A stretch of 63,621 nucleotides of DNA, the filler included, from Octopus bimaculoides (taxonomy: Eukaryota), in the NCBI RefSeq assembly GCF_001194135.2. It is 8 parts of 7 records of this genome, joined end to end, with 100 filler letters (N's around TTAATTAATTAA, not from the genome) between each part and the next. Parts side by side here need not be neighbours in the genome. Positions count along the whole stretch, not along the records: positions 32,241 to 41,879 come from NC_068982.1; positions 41,980 to 49,920 come from NC_068990.1; positions 50,021 to 61,856 come from NC_068981.1; 5 more parts are not named here. The stretch is one strand, 5' to 3'. Every line of letters begins with the position of its first letter. Positions within the stretch are counted from its first letter, which is position 1. Both the position numbers and the translations under genes were made by a program. The notes under the pieces are model-generated. The model worked only from the letters and a program-made list of their open reading frames with translations. It did no database searches and was not told where the DNA came from. Shown here piece after piece: positions 38,961 to 50,078 of the stretch.

Positions 38961-40524
38961 AACAACATTGTGAACCGGCGAATAGAAGATATGCCTGATA
39001 ACATTAAAAGAGTGAACACTATTCTTTACAATTAAATCAAAATTCGAATATTTCTCAATATGCCAATTTGACTTTAATTTAACGTTCAGTGAATATTTTT
39101 CTGTTTTTACCAATAATTGCGAACATATACAACTGGTGAGCCTATTTTTAACAGTTTGGTCAATTTTATAATTGAAAAGGAATTTGGATGTGCAAATACG
39201 TAAGTCAGCATTGATATGGCTTCTACAAGGTTAAAAAAAATACAGATGACTCAAGGCGAATATTCAAGACATTGCTGAATATCAAATAAATTTACTGCTG
39301 CATACATAAAGAAGCATCGGTAGTACGAAACAAGATAGGAAAATTGAAGACGATACTCAAACAAAAATAAAAAGCTGTTACTTTTATAAAAGCTTATCTG
39401 TTAAATTCTCGGATTAAGAGAAAATTTTTTTGAGAGGTGATGGGTTGACCCTATGAACAATTGCTCTTGCATTCGTAAATGCGTTGGCTGTCTCGTAGAA
39501 ATGTGCTTCCAGTATACTCGAGTTGCATGAAGAAATAACATGGCTTTTCATAGAATATCATATCATAGCAGCGAGTTCTTCAATACGTTTAGGTGTCTAA
39601 CTATGGTGATATAAACGTCTTATATTTACATATTTGAATGATCTAAGTCTGAGCCTACAACGGAGATCCGTGCGATTTTTAAAGTTGAAAATGAAACGGC
39701 ATCTATGATTATGAAATTAGACAAGAACATCTACTGAGCAATGTGTCTGATTCTTTTCTGACACTCTGGTACCTTCTTGCAACGTCTGATGTTAATTGTC
39801 CGAAGAAATCTGAAACCATAGCATTCAGCCTTTGCAAGGTTAAAAGAACAGTTTTAAAGATTTTCTTTTCTAGATACCAGTAACAGTTGGATTGAGTATC
39901 TATTTGGCATAAATATAAAAACTGTAAAATATTTAGATCCAAATGAAGAAAACACTTTTGTTGAATTGTCGTGTGACACTTCACAAGGTCAAGTTTCATT
40001 CGGTAAAATTTTTGGTTACATGTAAAAATATGTACAGAAAATAGCTATCCAAAAAACTGAAATAATTACTGACATTTACAAATATTTATGGGAGCAGGCT
40101 TCTTCCAACTGTTTTATATAAATTCGAAATACGGACACAGTGTGAATCCAAATCTTGATCTTCGAATAAAACTGGCTACTGTTGCGCCAGAAATCCAGAA
40201 CATTGTATCAGTAAAGCAGCATCAATCATCTCATTAAACAACATATTTATTTTAAATCCTTCTATCAATATTGCATATTAAATTACATATATCTTTCAGT
40301 TCAGAAATGAAACTAGGAAAACTAGCTTGCTGTTAATAAAATAAGCTAGTTGAGTAAACAGACTTTTCAAAATTCTAGTGGAAAGAGGTTTGGAAGCACT
40401 TACACACGCACACACACACATATATACACATACACATATACACACACACCGATATATATAATATAATATTATGTGGTAATGCTTCAACAAGTACAAAAGC
40501 ACTCGATCAGCTGAGAGAGTAAAG

Positions 40525-40999
40525 ATAATCTTAAAAAAAAACAGAAATCTTGCGAATAGCTACCCAGGTTTTCCTGGTCGAAATAATAATAACGGATCTA
40601 AAAAATGTTCAGTGTGTTCGTTTGAAAAACTGTATCTATTAAAACACTTGAGAAACTCCAACGAATACATAAATTCGAGGAAGAGATTTTTTTCTTCATG
40701 TCCACATTTTAAAAACTACATCTTGTCGGAATTTAAAAGTAGACAACCAGACACTTAGTAAACTGTGGACATCTCGTTTACATCTGCTTGACATTGAATT
40801 ATTTTAACGTTGGTCATCTTCCTTTTGTCCTTTTTGTCTTCTTCTTTACAAACGTCTCTTGCTTAGACTTTATCTGCTCAAAAGACAGCAGACAGACGGC
40901 CTTGCTTTCAGCTTGATAAATGGCGGAATAAATTATTATTTTGACCAGAAAATCCTGGGTAGCTATTTGTAAGATTTGTGGTTGTTAATTTAAGATTAT
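40525..40999. mobile_element. Inverted-repeat-bounded element (about 65-bp imperfect IRs)
   Basis: aaatcttgcgaatagctacccaggttttcctggtcgaaataataat has an inverted copy at about 40930-40977. The match extends outward to ataatcttaaa. Confidence 0.6.
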
Positions 41000-41002
41000 G
41001 AC

Positions 41003-41064
<62 letters not shown>

Positions 41065-41979
41065 GGGGGGGGGAGAGAGAGAGGGGGAGAGAGAGAGAGA
41101 GGTAGCGAGAGATATGAGATGTGCGTATGTATATGAGTATATATATACTTATATACTTCAAATTTTGACACATGGCCAGCAATTTCAGGAGAGTAGTCAT
41201 GTCAATTACAGTATGTATATATGTTTTAAAGAAAGTGTCGCATTTTCAGATGGGAAAGAAACAAATGCTTGTTTGGTCTTCATTAATAAGATTATTGAGA
41301 TAATATTTCCCCTCATTATTAATAATATAATCCAATCTATTTGGAATTGGTGATACCTCGGTCGTAAAAGTCTTCAAGTTTTGAAGCAAAGCATTACTCA
41401 ATATCATTTTTTTATCTCCTCATAACTAATAACTTACAATTAATAAACTTTTTTACATTGAAAGGATTTGATGCGACAATAGTTAGAGGGAACAAAGCCA
41501 GCATAGTAAGGAATATAAGGCAAACATGAGGCATATAGAAGCATATAGAGTCATAATTTTTTTCTGAGTGATTTGAGCAATATGTGGTCGTACAAAAGTA
41601 ACACTTCTTTATGAATGACCAGTAAATATTTTTGCAAATGATTCCAATTCAAAGATGTATTCCCACACTCACCCATTCTTCTGAGCTACACATACCTACA
41701 CTCTCACGCACACACGTTCAAGCATCCACACACACAGATATAAAATGAGATGGACAGCTGCATGTCATTCCTAACACCAACCACTCCGAGAGTGTAGTGG
41801 TTGTTCTTTACGTGCCACCCGTACAGGTGTCAGTCAGACGGCACTGACATCGGCTATATATATATATATATATATATATNNNNNNNNNNNNNNNNNNNNN
41901 NNNNNNNNNNNNNNNNNNNNNNNTTAATTAATTAANNNNNNNNNNNNNNNNNNNNNNNNNNNNNNNNNNNNNNNNNNNN

Positions 41980-42215
41980 GGCACATAAAAGACACCATTT
42001 CGAGCGTGGCCGTTTTCGTGCGGGTGACACGTAAAAGCACCCACTACACTCTCTGAGTGGTTGGCGTTAGGAAGGGCATCCAGCTGTAGAAACTCTGCCA
42101 TATCAGACTGGAGCCTGGTGTTGCCATCCGGTTTCACCAGTCCTCAGTCAAATCGTCCAACCCATGCTAGCATGGAAAGCGGACGTTAAACGATGATGAT
42201 GATGATGATGATGAT
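41980..42215 (+). mobile_element. RTE-LINE 3' UTR end with (GAT)n tail
   Basis: Nearly identical, inverted, to 49570-49800. Confidence 0.88.
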
Positions 42216-42529
42216 GTTATTGAATAGGTTTAACACCACTGATACATGATTCTTTAGTCTTAATTATATCCACACTGTAATAGTTGGTTGCATAGAAAAT
42301 AGTGCAGCCATTGAAACAAGCTTGATTTGGTTAGATGTCCATTTTATTTTCATATATACATATATATTATTGATATCTTGTATAGTTTTGGCTACAGTAG
42401 AGATGAGTAAAGTGGATGCAGTTGACATATGTGTAATCAGACTTCAAAAAGACTGGTGTCAGTATGCATTGGCAAGACATATTATTTTGTAAAACTTTAC
42501 TAAAAGGGTATAGTGAATTAGCTGTGGGG

Positions 42530-42900
42530 AGTGGAAAGTCCAACATTTCAGACAGTGTCCTACTTCAGGGAAAAGTTGAAAGAAGAGAAATTAATGAGAC
42601 ACAACTGAGTTTTACATCTAAGTGAAAAAACTGACTGCGACAGGAAGAAGTAGGAGAGAAATAGGATTATGGCTACAGTAGAGATAAATAATGTAGATTC
42701 AGATGACAACTGTTTTCAGGCCTTTAGAATTTTGAGGTGGTTGTTGAACCTAACCTAAAGTGTGATACACTTATCATCATTAACTCATATGCTATCAGAA
42801 TTTTACGATATTTATTTCTTTCTTTCCAGAACTGTTCTGGCAATCTCCTAAACGACCTCCACAACCTTTGATATTTGATAGCAATAATCTTGTGTAAGCA
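42530..42900 (-). mobile_element. Decayed Penelope-like 3' region with minimal hammerhead-like remnant (42538-42572)
   Basis: Minus strand reads TCC-CTGAAGTA-GGAC-ACT-GTCT-GAAAT-GTT-GGA. A weak GRLGD-like GIY-YIG trace lies upstream. Confidence 0.45.
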
Positions 42901-44042
42901 TTCATTCTTCATTTTATCCCTCTCTGCTCACATTTTTCATTGATCATCCTTTCTATGTTATGAGTTGTTTCTTCCTCTTCCTTGAACTACAGTTGATAAT
43001 ATCAACACCTTTAACTGACTGGTACTTTAGTTTATCAACCATCAGAAGGATGAAAACAACAAAGGGATCATGCTGGGATTTGAACTCAGAGCTTAAACAA
43101 TGTCCGCAAGGCCTTTGATAGTATAAAATTTGGCTTATTGCAGTGTTAATTTTATAGCCTATTAATTCATCATTTATCTTTAACATTACATTGGGCATCT
43201 ATTTAGAAACACATCTATTTACAAGATATTTTGTAGCTTAAAGACTACAGAAAGTTTGTCTTTGGGTTTCTCTGGTGAAATAAAACAGCATTCAGGAATG
43301 AAACATGGATGTTAAATGATGATAGTGATGATGTTTGAATGCTTCTCATTAAATTAAGGTTTATGAGTCATCATCATTATTATATTTGTTCAATAATTCA
43401 GTCAGCTGTAACATACCAATTACCTTCTGGTTATTCCCAAACTAATAAGATGAGAAGAGAAAAGTGGGAATCAGGAATGTCTGAGTGGTGGTAACATGCA
43501 CCCAGCCAATTCAGAGGAGTGAAGGCCATTATAATAGTGGTATAAAAGGTAGAGAGAGGGAAACAGTGCAGTTGTGGGTCAGAGGTTGGATAGAGCATGT
43601 TTGTGATTGATTTAGACCAGTCAGTTGGGTGGCCAGTTTCTGGATGTAATCTAGGATGTCTGTGTGTGTAGTAGCAGTAGACCCATCCCAGATGTAAGAG
43701 CAATTACTTTATTGTGATCCTCAACTGAGCAAGCTTTGTAGAATATCAATAATTGTTGCAGAGAGCTGAAGTATCTTCCAGATGTCCCTTGTAAACATCT
43801 TCAGGCAAAAAAGTAAACAAGAGATATGGGTGGATAGGGTTTATATGTGTGTGTGTGTAAACAACTCTTAAAGTAAAATTTCTTGGTTTATTCCATCAAC
43901 TTTGCTAGTGCCCGCCTTACTTATGTTTCCCTGAGGAAGGTATGTCTAAGTCATTTTCTTCAGTTACTCTCTCTGTGTATAAATAAACAGTAATTTATTT
44001 TTCAATCTCTCCTCACTTTTAACTTTGTATTTCTTTCATTAG

Positions 44043-44112
44043 ACACATGATGTTCATCCAAAGCACCAGCAGGTTGTATGCAGACCTTAATGGAATTCCA
44101 TGGAAAGATGAG
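44043..44112 (+). CDS. UBA6: UBA6-like E1 enzyme internal exon
   Basis: ttcattag|ACAC..GAG|gtttgt. HMMFIQSTSRLYADLNGIPWKDE is comparable to HLSFLQNAAKLYATVYCIPFAEE. Confidence 0.8.
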
Positions 44113-45231
44113 GTTTGTCTCTTACTGTTCCTTCCTCCAGAGATTTTAATATCACAAAGATTAAGGAGATTAGCTGTTTAGCATTTAAACCAGTCATATC
44201 CGGCTGAAATATTCTACCCATTTTATGTTCAGATCTGCCAGATCCAGACTCTCACACCTATCCTTCAATGTTATTCTACTAATAAACAATCACATCATTG
44301 GAATCTTGAACCTATGAGATAATGCATAATGAATTCAAAACAATGTGAAGCAATAAATATTACATTTGACAAAACAATCCAAATGCTAAAGGGTTAAACA
44401 CTTATAGTTTGGTTGTATGTCTTGTTAGAAACTAATCTGAAATATTTTAATATTCTACATCATCCAGTGTATAATATTGGGTATTGAAATGGAGAGGGAG
44501 CTGTGTGGTTTAGGAGTTCACTTCCCAACCAAGTAGTTTCAGGCTCAGTCCCATGGTACAGTACTTTGGACAAGAGTCTTCAGTGATAGCCTCAGGTCAA
44601 CCAAAGCCTTGTGAGTGGATTTGGTTGGCAAAAATTGAAAGAAGTCTGTTTTTTGTGTGTGTGTATGTGTGTGTTTGTTTACATTTGTATGCCACTGAAA
44701 ACATTGTTGTCATTTCTCCTGTCAATAAATCATCCTCTCATTTTGTGCCTTCAAAGACATGGATTAAGAGATCCTTTACTTGATAAATAGGTAAGAGTTA
44801 AGTGACAGTAAAGGCATTCAGTTTTAAAACAATGTTACAATTGTATATTCACCTAACCCTTAGCATTGAAAATGAACATTAAAGCAAATTTTCTTATCAT
44901 AATTTCACCATGTAAGGTGACATCTCTGCTCCACTGAGGTCTAATGGGGTAGGAACATGTCTGGGTTTACTATTAGTTCTTGTCTCATATCAAACTTACT
45001 GTTCTTTCCCTATAATAAATTATTTCTAATTAGCTTACTAATACTTTCTTCTTTCATGTGAATGGTGTCTTTAAGTAATTAATTCTCAAAATGGATTGTT
45101 GGAGTATTATTACATATGAAAATTATTTGAGAATTAAAAATACCATTTCTATCTACCTGTGTAACACAATAGTTTATAATGATAGAGGAGGTGTAGAGGA
45201 AACCTGTGTAAATTGTGGTTTATAATGATAG

Positions 45232-46080
45232 AGGAAGGCTAAGGGCAAAGTTCAGAGAGCTCTTACCTCTGCTGGTGACAAAGGGCCTCTCGCTCAGAGT
45301 AAAAGGCAGACTGTATGATGCATGTGTATGAACAGCCATGCTACAAAGCAGTGAAACATGGGCCATGACTGCTGAGGACATGGATAAGCTTGCAAGGAAT
45401 GAAGCCAGTATGCTCCAATGGATGTATAATGTCAATGTGCGTACTCGACAGAGTGTAAGTACCTTGAGAGAAAAGTTAGACCTAAGAAGCATTAGTTGTG
45501 GCGTGCAAGGGAGACGATTGCACTGGTATGGTCATGTGGCGAGAATGGATGAGGACAGCTGTGTGAAAAAGTGCCACATCCTAGCAGTTGAGAGAACCTG
45601 TGGAAGAGGTAGACCCAGGAAGACCTGGGATGATGTGGTGAAGCACGACCTTCGAACTTTAGGCCTCACCGAGGCAATGACTTGTGACTGAGACCTTTGG
45701 AAATATGCTGTGCGTGAGAAGACCCAGCAAGCCAAGTGAGATCATAATCCGAGGCCTCTGCCAGGGGTGTAGCCAGCCCACTTATGCATACTTTTCCTTC
45801 ATTGGACACTAAACTTCGCTTGCAAAGACCTGTTGAGGCAAGTGAAATCAAAATCGAACCAAATTCAACGACTGGCACCCATGCCAACGTCTCCTTCATT
45901 GGATACTAAACTCGGCTTGCGAAGACCTGTTAGGGCAAGTGAAAGTGAAATCGTGGAGCGCTAAGAGCACTGTCCGAGCGTGTCCGTTGCCAGAGCAGCT
46001 GTCTGGCTTCCATGCCAGTGGCATGTAAATAGCACCATTTGAGTGTGATCATTACCAGCATTGCCTTCCTGGCTTTTGTG
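45232..46080 (+). mobile_element. 5'-truncated RTE-clade LINE (ORF C-terminus + repetitive 3' UTR)
   Basis: KFRELLPLL..RVKGRLYDACV..SETWA..RRLHWYGHVARMDED..RGRPRKTW. Confidence 0.9.
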
Positions 46081-46089
46081 CCTAATTGA

Positions 46090-46818
46090 ATACTGGAAAC
46101 CTAATTATCACTGCCCAGAACCAGGCATTGAAAAAGAATATATATCACAGAAGTGCAATGGACCTCTGCAGAATGTGTAGGAAGAGGGTCAAAGGTGTGA
46201 CTCACAAAAGTGCTTGTGAAAGTCGCAGAAAGAGTACAAACTTAGACATGACTTGGTAGCACAAAACCTTCACTGGCTACTGTGCCATAAGTATGGATAT
46301 GAAGTTATGAGTGCTTTGTACCAACATACACCAGAAAAGGTAATGGATGAAAAGGGGAAGGCAAAAATTGTCTGGAACTTTAATTTCCAGGCAGACAGGG
46401 TGTTAGGGCACCGAAGGCCAGATATAGTAACCTTTAGGAGGGACAAATGAGTGCCTAATAATTGATGTGGCAGTGCCAGGAAATCAACATATCATCATGA
46501 AAGAAAGAGAAAAGGTAGATAAATATGGAGACCTGAGAATTGAAATCACTAAGATGTGCCAGCTACAACAGTCAAATATAAAGGTTATCCCTATTGTGAT
46601 CAGAGCATTGGGTTCAATACTACCCAATCTGAAAACTTTAGAAATACCCTACAATCTAGATGTATTGCAAAAGTCGGCATTATTTGGAACTGCACGCATA
46701 TTGCGTAAAGTACTGTCTGTCTAAGGTCCTTGTTGTAACTTGACAGATAGTACGAACCCCCGGTAAACACAATATCTTCAATCAACCACCTCACGATATT
46801 GTATACTGTGCAACGTCC

Positions 46819-46820
<2 letters not shown>
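46090..46820 (+). mobile_element. Second R4-clade family, decayed 3' fragment ending at (TAA)n
   Basis: AQNQAL..CRMC..RHDLVAQNLHW..RRPDIV..IDVAVP..KYGDL..LQKSALFGTARILRKVLSV*. Confidence 0.88.
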
Positions 46821-46849
<29 letters not shown>

Positions 46850-46853
<4 letters not shown>

Positions 46854-47065
46854 CCTTTCTACTATAGGTACAAGGCCTGAAGCTTGTGGGGAGGGGACTA
46901 ATCGATTACATTGATTGCAGTGTTTCACTGGTACTTAGTTTATCAACCCCAAAAGGATGAAAGGCAAAGTCAACCTCAGTAGAATTTGAACTCAGAACAT
47001 GAAGACACGAAATGCCACTGAGCATTTTTCCCAGCTTGCTAATGATTCTGCCAGCTCACTGCCTT
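46850..47065 (-). mobile_element. SINE-B whose (ATT)n tail abuts the R4 element
   Basis: Core aaaggatgaaaggcaaagtcaacc; head ends ctgccagctcactgcctt on the plus strand. Confidence 0.85.
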
Positions 47066-47241
47066 AACAATAATTTTGGGGCAGATAGTGACCCATTATT
47101 TATCCTTTATTTAATTTGTGTTATTTTGTACCCACTGGTTTTAAGTTCGAATCTTGTGGAAGCTGATTTTGCCATCAATAAAATAAGTTCATGTACAATC
47201 AATGCAAAGTTTTTTCTTAAAAATCATTATTTGTTTTTCAG

Positions 47242-47313
47242 GACCTATCAACAGAATCTTTACTGAGACACCTTGAAAATATTGAAGTTCCAGAATTTAA
47301 AGTGTCCCATAAA
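47242..47313 (+). CDS. UBA6: UBA6-like exon
   Basis: tttcag|GAC..AAA|gtaagc. DLSTESLLRHLENIEVPEFKVSHK is comparable to DLSADALLNILSEVKIQEFKPSNK. Confidence 0.88.
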
Positions 47314-48006
47314 GTAAGCTTATTGTTGTTCTGTTCTTCCATAAGGTTGAATCCTCATTATTTTTTTCATTTTTCAGCATGCTGCTATAGTTTGAATGGA
47401 TTTACAAACATTAATTTTTACCTGTATTCTGGAAAAATATTTCTTGATGGCTTTCTCTGCCAATCCATAAATAGTTGTTTTATCTTTAATTCTGTGGTTT
47501 AGAATACAGGATTATGTAGCCATTGCCTTCACTGACTTGGGATCTACTGAGATTGACATGGTTTATGTTATTCTCTAGAAAAAGCCCTAGTTGGCTTTGA
47601 TCTATCACAAACTCTACATTTCTTGTATACCTACATCAGCTTTGTTCCATTAGTGTCTTTGTTTTTGTTTCGTTTCTGACTAAAAGGTTAGCATTCAAGC
47701 TTCAGTGCCATATATTCTGGGCATGCTCAGTGAGCACTACACATCCATCAAGGGTGCTAAATTTTCTTTATCATAATTTCCTACATTAGTTACACTGCTG
47801 TAGTCTCAGTCATGTTTATTCATAAATCACTTACCATGTGACTGACCAGACAATAACATCAAATTTTTTTTTTTTTTTTAATATTATTTCTTTATTTGTT
47901 TAATATATTTCCATCTTCCTTCCTCCTTCTTACTGTTTCTCTCTCATGTTCTCTCCTTCTCTTCTCTCTACAGTAATTAATTACTAATTATTTCTTCTTT
48001 TCAAAG

Positions 48007-48106
48007 CAAATTGAAACTGATGAAGCAGTAAAGAAAGTGGATGCCAACGAGCTGCACTCTACTGATGAACAACATTTAGCAACTGAGTACATGACTCAAA
48101 TAACCT
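48007..48106 (+). CDS. UBA6: UBA6-like exon
   Basis: ttttcaaag|CAA..ACCT|gtgagt. QIETDEAVKK is comparable to UBA6 VVQTDETARK, whereas UBA1 has KIHVSDQE. Confidence 0.85.
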
Positions 48107-48319
48107 GTGAGTAAAACTGAGTAAATGACCCTAATAATATCAAGTAAAACTTCCATTTGTAACTAAAAAGGTTTTTTTAGTGTCCGTTGGTGAGTGAGCT
48201 GACTTCAAATGTTCATCTCATATGGAATACATTGTATTTCTTCTTTAAAAACTAGGTTTTCAGTGTTGTCCCTTCAACACTACAATAAAGTGGTAACATT
48301 TTTTTGACTGGTACTAACT

Positions 48320-48600
48320 GGTTATGACGATGAAGGTTCCAGTTGATCTGATCAGCAGAACAGCCTGTTTGTTAAATTAACACAAAAGTGGCTGAGCACT
48401 CCACAGGAAATTCAGCATGACATAGAAGGTGACAAGGTTGGCCCTTTGACTTGCTGGTACAACTCATTTTTGCCAGCTGAGGAGACAGGAGCAATGAGAA
48501 ATAAAATTACTTGCTCTAGGACACAACACACTGCCAGTTTTCAAATTCACAATTGTAAGGTCATGAGCCAGATATCCAAACCACTTAGCTACATGCCTTA
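48320..48600 (-). mobile_element. Diverged tRNA-SINE sharing its 3' region with family C
   Basis: gttccagttgatctgatc..agtggctgagcactcca is shared with 15540-15610. Confidence 0.65.
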
Positions 48601-48734
48601 ATAGAATGCTGAAATGGTACCAAAGCAGTTCCCAACACTTCAGTCAACCTCAAAGAATGTGTTCCATTGGGTCAAATGTAAACGTTACAAGGACAAAGAA
48701 TTGTCTTCATACTTTAAAGAACTGGAAATAAATA

Positions 48735-49262
48735 TTGGGTTATCCCATAAATAATGTGGTTTTTACCAATTGCATAAACTATGCACCAACTTGCTATAAA
48801 AGCAGGTAGTAATTTTACCTTGTGTTTATTCTTAGTGCAAATTTTGAAGAGTGTAGTTCGATTTTAACAGTTATTTTTTCAAAGCTATAATGGAAGTGAC
48901 AAAGGAGCATATTCAGCATATTTTGCTTTATGAGTTCAATAAAAGCAACAATGCAACGGAAAGTGCAAGGAATATTAATGCAGTATATGGGGATCGGACA
49001 ATATGCATAAGCCAGTGTCAACGATGGTTCCTGATATTCTGAGCTGGAAACTACAGCCTAGAAGATGAACCTCGTCCTGGAAGATCTGTAGAACTTAATG
49101 AGGATGTCCTCCGAATCCTGGTGGAACAAAATCCCATCGTAACTGTTGAAGAACTAGCAGAGAAGCTTCGATTTGGTCATTCAACCATTCAGTGACACCT
49201 GCATGCCATCAAAAAAGTCACCAAATTGGATCAATGTGTTTCTCACAAACTTTCTGAGTTTA
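48735..49262 (+). mobile_element. Mariner element, 5' portion (TIR + N-terminal HTH of transposase, with stops)
   Basis: TA|TTGGGTTATCCCATAA terminus. ATG at 48890 begins MEVTKEHIQHILLYEFNK..CQRWF..LEDEPRPGRS..EELAEKL. Confidence 0.88.
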
Positions 49263-49373
49263 CAGGGAGATAAGCATTGTCCCATGAGTGATACTGAAAG
49301 GAATCCCACTAACCCAATAACCAAATCTCTCTCTCTTTCTCTCTCATATTTTAACTTTGTCTTATGTTTGCAG

Positions 49374-49453
49374 CCAACAAAACTTTAACTGTGATAGAGT
49401 TTGAAAAAGATGATGACACCAACAGCCACATTGATTTCATCACCACAGCTGCA
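49374..49453 (+). CDS. UBA6: UBA6-like exon
   Basis: tttgcag|CC..GCA|gtgagt. Reads SNKTLTVIEFEKDDDTNSHIDFITTAA, containing the E1 FEKDDDxNxHxDFI motif. Confidence 0.92.
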
Positions 49454-49569
49454 GTGAGTATATCAAGTTATGTTACTGTCCAAAAGGGTTCACTTCACAA
49501 TGTGATATACTTTATACCAGCCTGTATCCCACACAATACTTATGTTATTGATATCAGCACATATTACTT

Positions 49570-49920
49570 AATTCATCATCATCATCGTTTAACGTCCGCT
49601 TTCCATGCTAGCATGGGTTGGACGATTTGACTGAGGACTGGTGAAACCGGATGGCAACACCAGGCTCCAGTCTGATTTGGCAGAGTTTCTACAGCTGGAT
49701 GCCCTTCCTAACGCCAACCACTCAGAGAGTGTAGTGGGTGCTTTTACGTGTCACCCGCACGAAAACGGCCACGCTCGAAATGGTGTCTTTTATGTGCCAC
49801 CCGCACAAGCCAGTCCAGGGGCACTGGCAACGATCTCGCTCGAAAATCCTACAGGAGCCAGTCAGGCGGTACTGGCAACGGCCACGCTCAAAATGGTGCA
49901 TCTCATGTGCCACCCGCACA
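49570..49920 (-). mobile_element. RTE-LINE 3' UTR end, cut by gap
   Basis: (CAT)n then cgtttaacgtccgctttccatgctagc. Inverse of 41980-42215. Confidence 0.88.
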
Positions 49921-50020
49921 NNNNNNNNNNNNNNNNNNNNNNNNNNNNNNNNNNNNNNNNNNNNTTAATTAATTAANNNNNNNNNNNNNNNNNNNNNNNN
50001 NNNNNNNNNNNNNNNNNNNN

Positions 50021-50078
<58 letters not shown>

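Larger units (their letters stand above)
37318..40400 (+). mobile_element. Decayed hAT (Buster/Charlie-like) transposon, interrupted by a MITE and a SINE
   Basis: ATG at 37583 begins MDRWLENG. Then KPQ.VL..SNES..SKL, ASYDV..LVAK..KP, VPLSNNT|VNRRIEDM, LLLHS..RWLSR, and the C-terminus GF..SKY..DLRIKL..KQHQSSH* (stop about 40237). Outer ends are approximate. Confidence 0.8.

Noticed and set aside
43900-43985. CTGAAGA..GAAAC..GTA hammerhead-like string on the minus strand (similar weak string at 23632-23665)
   Set aside because: Stems I and II do not pair convincingly.
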